Shown here piece by piece: positions 1 to 8,701 of a DNA stretch of 64,000 bases. Below the pieces are notes generated by a model. It saw only the letters and a program-made list of their open reading frames with translations, was not told where the DNA came from and did no database searches. Position 1 is the first letter of the stretch, and every line of letters begins with the position of its first letter. This DNA is from Anthoceros angustus (Eukaryota; Plantae; Anthocerotophyta), in the NCBI GenBank assembly GCA_010909165.1, contig VJWM01000106.1:558001-622000 (forward strand). Direction: 5' to 3'. The position numbers and the translations under genes were made by a program.

Positions 1-660
1 CTCGGAAAAACAAGTACAATACCAAGTGGAAAGCGAGATGTGTTAGACATGCGAGGATTAGAGGACGGGCACACACTTCTTGTGATTGACGTTCCAAGGG
101 GGTTTCAAATCGGGCCTATGGACAAACGAGTGGACAAGCAGATGATGGATACTGTTTTGCAGAGCTTTGCAGAGAAAACAACACGCGATGAGTTGAGAAT
201 GATTGTGATGCATGGTGTGGAGGAGGCTCACACTGTGAGGGAGTCGATGCGGAAGTGGAGCAGGAAAGGGGGGTTGGTCTCATTTGTATGGGACAAGACG
301 AACATGAACAATGACAGGGGTGGGTTTGAAACCATGGAATATGTCACGGTGGGTTGGGGACTGAAAGTTGCGTGCATAGGGGATAGGGTTCCAATGCTGC
401 CAAATGCCATGCACGGTACTTTCAACAATGGGAACAATGTAATCGCTCATGATACGGTTGTGAAGAAACAGGTGTACATGTCACAAGACAAGCTGGTGGT
501 ATGCCCATACCAGAGGCCTCTGGGGCTTATGATGAAACTTATCAAAACCTTCTCCAAAGAGGGAGATTGGGTTTTGGACGCTTGCTCTGGGAGTGGGACA
601 ACGTTATTGGCGGCCCTACTGTGTGGACAAAATTGTATTGCTATTGAGGCTGACTTGAGG
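1..660 (+). CDS. Beta-class N6-adenine/N4-cytosine DNA methyltransferase-like ORF (N6_N4_Mtase), 5'-partial, truncated at its 3' end by Copia sequence
   Basis: Frame is open from base 1. Motifs occur in beta order: LLVIDVPRG (DPPY-like motif IV), FVWDKTN...EYVTVGW, CPYQRPLGLMMKLIKTFSKEGDWVLDACSGSGTTLLAALLCGQNCIAIEAD (cf. HPTQKP...GDxVLDPFxGSGTT...IGIELD). The last ~24 codons of the listed ORF (to 732) are antisense Copia integrase. Confidence 0.8.
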
Positions 661-1993
661 TGTGCACTATCTCTAAAGGTGACTTGGCCCTTTGTGGAGA
701 TTTATTTTGAAAGGCTCTTGATGTCGCTTTAGTGAGGACACAAGATTCGCACCAAGGTAGGTGTTCAACCTTTGCAAGGCAAGGGGTTCTATATAAAGCT
801 CCCTTAGACATTTGGATTAATTTTGACTATTAGGATGACCAAGGCGACAATGCCAAAGCATGGTTTGGGTAGGTGTGCTGGGTTTGGAATGGCAACATTA
901 GCGTAATGGGTGGCTCCCACTTGTACCGACAATCTATAGAGACCATCATCTAAAGTGCCTGCATTGTATAGTTTCTATCACTTATGAAAGAGAGAAGACA
1001 ACTATTCCGCATAAAGGATCACCGCAGAGTGTGTTCTTGACAAAGACTTGCGATACTAGATTCTTGCACATTGAAGGAACATGGAGGACTTGATGAAGAT
1101 GAAGAACACGAATCACACTTGAATACAAGAACCGACACCCGCTATGGGTAGGTTGTGATCATCTCCCGTGAGGATGATCGATGTCCTGTGGTGAGTAAGA
1201 CTCAAAAGAGTTTCTGTAACAAATATGTGAAGTAGCTCCATTGCCTAAGTACCATGAGGTATTGGAGGGCTTGGAAGAAGCCAAGCACAAAGTGAGCACC
1301 TGGAGTTGAGGAAGATTGTTTCTTCGCCGCAATGTTAGCTCGGTGGGGCCTCCCGAGGTTCCCATTCTTCTTCTTACGACAATCCTTTTCCATGTGATTT
1401 GGGATTCTCGCACCAATTACATATAATCCCATCTTCTTGTTACCTCTTGCGGTGTTGAAGAAGATGCCTCCATCTTTGAGATAGGTACGCCAATTGCATA
1501 TTCCAAATGAGATCGTGCCAATCGAAAAGCATTAACATGATGTTCGATGGTGTCAGACTCCTTCATTGAGAGGTTGCGGAAGTTACGTGAAGCTGCAACA
1601 ATACTCATTACATCTCGAGATGAATATAATTGAGCAAGGTGAGTCCACATATCCTTGGAGGTCTTTGCGTGTGCGACATGTCTCACCATATGTTGAGAAA
1701 GTATAGTCCACTGACCAATAAATCTTGTGCCTTCTCGTCCCTGGCGTCCCTGGAAGGTTGAAGTTCACATTCAAATCGGGCGTGTGGTCTTGGAATTGAT
1801 CCATCGACGATACTCCAAAGGTCTCTTTGCCGCAAAGCTCCTCGCATTCTCAATCCCCAGATGTCATAATCCTTTCCATTGAATCTGTCTTTCTCTTTGA
1901 AGCTATCACTATAATGATAATGCAATGAAGTGTTAGCATTATCATTACCCAATGGGGAACAGCTTGTTCTTCATCATTGATCACTCCAGCCAT
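659..1993 (-). mobile_element. Ty1/Copia gag-protease-5' integrase remnant (frameshifted)
   Basis: Gag start MAGVINDEEQ at 1993 and KEKDRFNGKDYDIWGLRMRGALRQRDLW; knuckle remnant NHMEKDCRKKK; protease WYLGNGATSHIC; WHCRLGHP-like segment near 830-865; CESCVLTK...RAKSPLEIVHT ending abruptly near 659. Confidence 0.85.
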
Positions 1994-3870
1994 TGTAGGT
2001 GATTTAGAGGACTAGGCCTCGTCGGTACAGCCTCTGATCTTCTCTATTGCATGCGCAAAACTCTTCTCTTGCATCATAATCTGATTCGGATGATGATAGT
2101 ATGCTCTCGAATCTCTGTGCATTATCAACCTTAGAGAGAATAGACAATTTTGTCCTTAATTCATATAATTCTCCCTTAAGATCAAAGGATTGGATTCTAA
2201 GAGTTGCTAATTGACTATCAATTTCTTGAAATCTAATACGTGAATACGAAGGGATCCCGAAGAAGGTCAAGTGGGCCCCACCGCTCCCAAGGCCGAAAGG
2301 TGGGCTCTATTGCTCCCAAGGCCCAAAGATGGGCTCTATTGCTCGCAGGGCCGAAAGGTGGGCCCCACCGCTCCAGGGCCCAAAGGTGAGCTCTATTGCT
2401 CCCAGGGCCCAAAGGTGGGCTCTATTGCTCCCAGGGCCCAAAGGTGGGCCCCACCACTCCTAGCGCCCAAAGCCGATCGCGGATGCATCCCGGTGAGGAG
2501 GGAGACCCGTCGGGGCAGCCCCCGCATGGCCCACATGGTGAGCACCCCAAAGCTGCAGGGATGGCCGCTCGGCGCTTCGCATCGTCGTGCGGTACAAAGG
2601 CAGCCCAACCCTGCCTGTGACTCCCGGACCCTCGCCAGCGCCGCAGCGCCGGTGCGGCGCCTCGCTAAGCGCGCCACCTCCCAGCAACAGCGTAGCCCTA
2701 ACACCACAAGCTCGGCACTCGCCCTGGTGCACACACGCACCCTTTCGCTATCCGCATTGCTTGCTCGCCCCTCAGCTCGCTTCCCCGCAGCTACTCGCCC
2801 CTCAAGGCCCCAGGAAGGTTGAAGTTCACGTTCAAATCGGGCGTGTGGTCTTGGAATTGATCCATCGACGATGCCCCAAAGGTCTCTTTGCCGCAAAGCT
2901 CCTCGCATTCTCAATGCCCAGATGTCATAATCCTTTCCATTGAATCTGTCTTTCTCTTTGAAGCTGTCACTATAATGATAATGCAATGAAGTGTTAGCAT
3001 TATCATTACCCAATGGGGAATTAGGAACAGCTTGTTCTTCATCATTGATCACTCCAGCCATTGTAGGTGATTTAGAGGACTAGGCCTCGCCGGTACAGCC
3101 TCTGATCTTCTCTATTGCATGCGCGAAACTCTTCTCTTGCATCATAATCTGATTCGGATGATGATAGCATGCTCTCGAATCTCTGCGCATTATCAACCTT
3201 AGAGAGAATAGACAATTTTGTCCTTAATTCATATAATTCTCCCTTAAGATCAAAGGATTGGATTCTAAGAGTTGCTAATTGACTATCAATTTCTTGAAAT
3301 CTAATACGTGAATACGAAGGGATCCCGAAGAAGGTCAAGTGGGCCCCACCGCTCCCAAGGCCGAAAGGTGGGCTCTATTGCTCCCAAGGCCCAAAGATGG
3401 GCTCTATTGCTCGCAGGGCCGAAAGGTGGGCCCCACCGCTCCAGGCCCAAAGGTGAGCTCTATTGCTCCTGTGGCCCAAAGGTGGGCTCTATTGCTGTGG
3501 CCCAAAGGTGGGCCCCACCACTCCTAGCGCCCAAAGCCGATCGCGATGCATCCGGTGAGGAGGGAGACCCGTCAGGCAGCCCCGCATGGCCCACCATGGT
3601 GAGCACCCCAAATCGCACGGCCGAGGATGCACCGCTGCGCGCCTTCGCATCGTCGCAGATGTAGAAGACGGGCACGCTGCCCAACCCCTACACCGCTGCG
3701 CCTGACCCTCGCCACCGCGCATGCGGCGCCGGCACTGGCCGCCTCGCCAGCGAGCGCCACCTCCCGAGCAACGTAGCCCTAACACTGCTCCTTGCTCGCC
3801 GCTGCTACCCTTGCTATCCGCAGCTGCTCGCTTCGCCTCAACCGCCGCTTCCCCGCAGCTACTCGCCCGC
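1752..3870. repeat. Tandem duplication (~1.06 kb) of the Copia leader and gag start: ~1752-2800 and ~2814-3870
   Basis: Near-identical blocks with a period of 1061-1068 nt; ORFs 2004-2270 and 3072-3338 are almost identical. Confidence 0.9.
2271..2472. repeat. 29-bp GC-rich minisatellite, ~7 units (second copy ~3339-3537)
   Basis: Units GTGGGC(CCCACC/TCTATT)GCTCCCAGGGCCCAAAG. Confidence 0.85.
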
Positions 3871-3994
3871 CTCAACCGCTTGCGCCGCACCGCCGCCTGC
3901 GCGTCGCCACCGCCATATCGCGTCACTTGCCGCTGATGTCGCTCACTGCGCCACCGCCGCTTTGGAATAAGCAATTTTGGTTCCATAGATACCG

Positions 3995-4275
3995 GATTAC
4001 GTGTTTACCTATGTACATATGGGAGTAGTTTGTATTAAGGAAAGAGTGCATGGGTGTACCCATCTACTTAAGGACATAAAGGGAGATCTAAGGTCACACT
4101 AAAGAAGGATTAATTAAGCTTTATGTCTAAAATCACCTAATAACTAGGGAGATTGAATGACCTACATATTGCTGAACATAACTAGGGAGATTGAATGACC
4201 TACATATTACTGAACATAAATAGGGAGATTGAATGGTTTACATATTACAGAACTAGTCAAGGATGCATCTCCACA
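3995..4275 (-). mobile_element. Candidate 5' LTR of the Copia element, with three ~39-bp internal repeats (~4142-4250)
   Basis: Minus strand starts TGTGGAGATG at 4275 and lies upstream of the Copia leader. AACTAGGGAGATTGAATGACCTACATATT repeats. No canonical PBS or partner LTR seen. Confidence 0.35.
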
Positions 4276-4674
4276 AGTTATTGTTGTTGTCCGTAAGATA
4301 GCCCCAGCAAGTGCCCTTAGGAGGGCAATGGATACCTTGAAAGAACTTATGCATATTTGTATATACTTTACCTGGTACTAACATGATACTATATGCGTAT
4401 CTTACCTTCGTTTGGGAGCACATGCTGGAAATTCATCCCATCATGGAGATTGAACCTCAACCAAATATAATCGCGTGGACCTCGATCTACAAGATAATTT
4501 TAATCATAAATAAAAATATAATATTAAATCTTGGAACCTAAAGGCTTGGGGCGCATTTTCATGTAAATTTGGGCGGTTCCTATAAAATTGTAGTACCATT
4601 AGGTTTCTATGATGATGTTTTAAACATGTTTTCTATGTATTTTTTATTTTACAAATAAAAAACAACAGAATAGT

Positions 4675-4980
4675 GGCTCCTAACAAATTCATCGGACATC
4701 ACTTCAGTGCATTTCGAATTGCTCAACTGGCTCCTAACAAATTCATTTCGAACTGCTCAACCGGCTCCTAACAAATTCATCGAACATTACTTCAGTGCAT
4801 TTCGAACTGCTCAACTCTTTATTGTTCTCCTCTTGCAAGATCTATCATTTGACTTTAAAAATTTACTCCTTTTTTTTATCATTCAAGTCGTGAATATAAT
4901 GAAACGCCAAGGTACTAGCTCCTAGCAAGTTCATCGGTCTATCACCTCAATGCTAGCAAGTTCATCCGTCTATCACCTCG
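4675..4980. repeat. Short internal direct repeats in AT-rich intergenic DNA
   Basis: GGCTCCTAACAAATTCAT x3; CTAGCAAGTTCATCnGTCTATCACCTC x2. Confidence 0.6.
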
Positions 4981-5610
4981 GTGAACTCCGAACCCTTCAA
5001 CTCCTCATCATTCCCTCTTGCAAGATCTATCACGCGACTATAAAACATTTATCCTTCTTCGTCTATCATTCAAGTGGAATCAATCAACTCTACCTAATCC
5101 AGTCTACCAATGTATATCTTAGGTGGGCTCATTCCACCTTCACTTAGTACCTGTTAGGTTCAGTGTGCGCTGTCCATGCAAGAAATGGGTGCGCTTTAGA
5201 TGTATTACCAGGGTCTGTGTGATGTTGGACAAAATGGATGGATTGAATAGACAGTCTCTCGCTCAAGGTCACGGGCGTATGGCGACAATGCCACACATCT
5301 AGGCATGAAACATGAAGGCGAACAGATGTGGCATGAGTTTGAAAGCACCTGGAGAAGGCACCGACATATTGAAGAATGCCACAAAGAAGGGTCGTGAAGG
5401 TAGTGCCTGCCAGACGAACGAGGTTAGGGAAGAGTGAGGTTTCTTCGCAGCTGTGGCATTCAATGGATGGATTCCAGAGGTGCAATCAAAGTCGTACCTG
5501 AAGGCATAAATTTGGTCCACAACCTGCTTCCGCATCCTGGTCAGAGCTGAGCACATTGGGTTGGCGTCTTTTGTGCCTGGACATGCCCAGACATGCATCT
5601 CTAGAAGCTG

Positions 5611-8364
5611 TCAAAGCCGATCCGCGCATGAGCAAGAACCATCCTTGAACCGATGCACTCGGTGAGAATCTCTCACAATGATAGCTCGCTTCTCCAGACG
5701 GGACATGATTTTTGTGCTGCTGTGGCAGTCACTGCACATGCGGAGGTTTTTTGTGACGAGCAATGTTGTGCCATAGGGTGTGTTGAGCAGACCATACGCC
5801 AATGCCAATTTCTCTGCATGACCACACAAAGTATCCTCCTTTTCCTGCTCGGACACTGCCTTCAGCACCAGCTCTGTTTGGGGCACATGGCCTCCTTCAT
5901 CTTGCAACCTCACGTTCACAGTCTTCAGGGTTGTTGAAATATCAGACCTCTCTTCTCCCACTGCGAACTCGTGCACCACGGAACTCAGTTCAATATAGGC
6001 CTTGGCGCGTTTTTTCCTAGCACCTGCGGACTTTCTCAAGCTTTCTAATTTATCCACATCATCCCACCTGCCTGCATTGGCATAGATGTTGCCCAAAAGC
6101 ACATACGGGCTTGCATCCTGTGGTTCCAATCCTACAAGATGCTCAAAACATCGTCTTCCACGATCCACATCACCGAAGCTTTTGCAAGCGCTGAGCAAAG
6201 CTGTCCAGCCCACCACATCATTCAGAAATGACACAGTTTGTAGTATCCTTTCGGCCTCAACCAGATGGCCTGCCCTGCCAAGGAGATCCACCATGCAACT
6301 GTGGTGGTAATCAGTCGGCTGAATCCCATGCTTCTCCATCATCCAGAAGTACTTCTTGCCCTCGTGCACCAGGCCTGCATGACTGCATGCCACCAAAAGA
6401 CAAATGAAAGTTGTTGCATTTGGCTGGAAACCATTGACAAGCATCTCATTAAAACACTTGATTGCCATTTGACCATTGCCATAATCTGCATAAGCATTCA
6501 GCATGGCATTCCACGTCACCGTATCTTTCGTGGGCAATCTATCAAAAACGCTACGAGCTTCTTCCAAGCTCCCGCATTTTGCATACATGTCCAACAGACA
6601 GTTACCAATCACTGCATCAGCTTCAAGGCCCCTATCACGAATCTGTGAGTGGAGTTGCCTGCCCTGCTGCAACGCTCCCACACTCGCACATGCTTGAAGA
6701 AGGCATGCATAAGTAACATTATTAGCTGGCGTGATTCCCTCCTTCTGCATACTGGCATACACATCGAGGGCTTCTCCTCCAAGCTCGTGTTGAGTATATC
6801 CTGCGATCATGGCAGTCCATGTCACAACATCTTTTGTGCGCAGACTATCAAATACTTTGCGAGCATCCTCCAACTTCCCGCATTTCACGTACATATTCAC
6901 CAAGCAGTTAGCGATGACTCCGTCAGCTTCTAGGCCTCGTTCACGAATCTTGCAGTGGAGCCGTTCCCCCTGCTGCAGCGCTCCAACACTAGCACATGCT
7001 TGAAGAAGGCATGCGAACGTAACGTGATTGGCTATAGTGATGCTCTCCTCCTCCATGAGGGAGTACAGAGCCAAGGCATCTTGACCAAGGGCCTGCTGTG
7101 CATAGCCTGCCATCATGGCATTCCATGTTACCACATCTCTCGAGGACAAACCATCAAACACTCTCCGAGCAGCTGGCAAGCTCCCGCATTTTGCATACAT
7201 GTCCACCAGGCAGTTGCCAACTCGCACATCAGCTTCAAGGCCTAGTTCACGTACCTTCAAATGAAGCTGCTTCCCCTGCTGCAAGGCTCCCACACTGGCA
7301 CACGCACGAAGAAGGCTCACAAACGAGACATGGTCCGCTGGAGTTATGCCCTCTTGCTGCATCCTAGCATACAGAGCCAGGGCTTCTCGTCCCTGCCCCT
7401 GCTGAGTATATCCTGCGATCATGGCATTCCATGTCACCACATCTTTTCTACCCAACCTCTCAAACACACTGCAAGCATCCTCCAAGCTCCCACACTTAGC
7501 ATACATATTAACCAGACTGTTGCCCACAAAAACATCATCCTGAAAATCACATCCCTGCATATCAGCATGCACCTCCTTCCCAGAACCCAGGTCCTTAGCC
7601 AAGGCACAGGCTTTGAGCACTGCGACAAAGACGCGGTCATTCGGCTTCACACCTGCTTCTCGCAGCTGACGATAAATCTCGATGCCCTTCCTGGGCTGCC
7701 CATGTCGGACATGCGCCAAGACAATGGCAGACCACACGTAAACGTTGGGTGCACCCACCTTGATGAAGACCTCTAATGCATCCTCCAACGTACCAAGAGA
7801 CGCATACATGGCAATGAAATGGTTGGCCAAAAAGGCGTTCGACTCGTATCCACATCTCACAGCAACAGCATGAACGCGTTTAACGAGCTCCAAATCCTTC
7901 TCTCCCTCGCACTTCTTCAGAACACGACAGATAAGAGAGTCAGTGACCTGACATCCTCGCTGCTCCAGCAGCTCCAACGCGTCGACCGCCCCGCCCACCT
8001 GTGCGTCCTCACACCGTTTGCTCAGAATCTGGACCAGTCGTGCAGAGTCCCTCATGTGGGCATCCAACCTGGCCAGCTCCGTGTCCACCCAGCTAGGCTT
8101 GGATCGATTGTTAAGCCACAGGGCCTCCTTCGACGCTTTGTGCCTGAAGTCAGGACAGCGGGCAGTCCTCTTGTCCAACCTGTTGTCACACCACTCGGTG
8201 GGCTCTTGAAAGAACTGTTGCCATAAACACTCCTGTCGCTCCTTGTGCGAAATTCCTTCGGCGGTAAGAGCAGTACGGAGAATTGCGGAGCTGGGCTGCT
8301 TCCCTGGCTGCTGGTGCAGAATCGGTAGCAGCAATGGCAGCTCCAGCGGCATCGCCATCGCCAT
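5611..8364 (-). CDS. PLS-class PPR protein with an N-terminal OSB-type PDF motif and a C-terminal DYW:KP (DRH-type) deaminase-like domain; candidate U-to-C RNA editing factor
   Basis: Intronless 917-aa ORF with P-L-S triplets (DVVTWNAMIAGY / TFACLLQACASVGAL / NCLVDMYAKCGSL), E1/E2, then KKRAKAYIE...HAEKLA...CSDCH...CSCADRL*. Confidence 0.95.
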   Translation of the reverse strand: MAMAMPLELPLLLPILHQQPGKQPSSAILRTALTAEGISHKERQECLWQQFFQEPTEWCDNRLDKRTARCPDFRHKASKEALWLNNRSKPSWVDTELARLDAHMRDSARLVQILSKRCEDAQVGGAVDALELLEQRGCQVTDSLICRVLKKCEGEKDLELVKRVHAVAVRCGYESNAFLANHFIAMYASLGTLEDALEVFIKVGAPNVYVWSAIVLAHVRHGQPRKGIEIYRQLREAGVKPNDRVFVAVLKACALAKDLGSGKEVHADMQGCDFQDDVFVGNSLVNMYAKCGSLEDACSVFERLGRKDVVTWNAMIAGYTQQGQGREALALYARMQQEGITPADHVSFVSLLRACASVGALQQGKQLHLKVRELGLEADVRVGNCLVDMYAKCGSLPAARRVFDGLSSRDVVTWNAMMAGYAQQALGQDALALYSLMEEESITIANHVTFACLLQACASVGALQQGERLHCKIRERGLEADGVIANCLVNMYVKCGKLEDARKVFDSLRTKDVVTWTAMIAGYTQHELGGEALDVYASMQKEGITPANNVTYACLLQACASVGALQQGRQLHSQIRDRGLEADAVIGNCLLDMYAKCGSLEEARSVFDRLPTKDTVTWNAMLNAYADYGNGQMAIKCFNEMLVNGFQPNATTFICLLVACSHAGLVHEGKKYFWMMEKHGIQPTDYHHSCMVDLLGRAGHLVEAERILQTVSFLNDVVGWTALLSACKSFGDVDRGRRCFEHLVGLEPQDASPYVLLGNIYANAGRWDDVDKLESLRKSAGARKKRAKAYIELSSVVHEFAVGEERSDISTTLKTVNVRLQDEGGHVPQTELVLKAVSEQEKEDTLCGHAEKLALAYGLLNTPYGTTLLVTKNLRMCSDCHSSTKIMSRLEKRAIIVRDSHRVHRFKDGSCSCADRL

Positions 8365-8701
8365 CTTGCCCTGTCTGCACCCTCTCCAGTTTGATGTCGC
8401 AGAAAGGCCCGATTAAAGTCTTCGCTGAAATGGGCTTATGTGGAGAAGATATGAGATGCAAGAGGAGAAGGTGTTATCAGTACGCGTATGCAGATGCAAC
8501 AGCTTGGATTGATGTGGAGAGCAGTCAGAATGTCTGTCGGAATCTGAGGTTGCCACTTTCACGCAACGCAGTTCTCCAGAGAGACCTAAGGATCATAGCG
8601 GGGAGTTGATATCTGAGCAATGATCTTCAGAGACTTGGGGAATTCAGTTGTCAGTGCTCATCGGGATTCAGGCTGAAGCCCTGAAGAGGCGATCAAAGTT
8701 C

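Noticed and set aside
661-732. C-terminus of ORF 40-732 as genuine methylase sequence or a splice donor
   Set aside because: It is the antisense of Copia integrase (CESCVLTK...RAKSPLEIVHT).
2271-2472. 29-bp repeats with a variable core as a possible CRISPR-like array
   Set aside because: Only two alternating 6-nt variants and no spacers; it is a minisatellite.
2271-3986. GC-rich ORFs of 100-220 aa (e.g. 2271-2822, 3489-3986)
   Set aside because: Open by chance in low-complexity leader DNA; 2393-3061 is a gag start read through a duplication junction.
5144-5598. Minus-strand ORFs downstream of the KP-type PPR gene
   Set aside because: No recognisable domain; probably 3' UTR or a decayed fragment.
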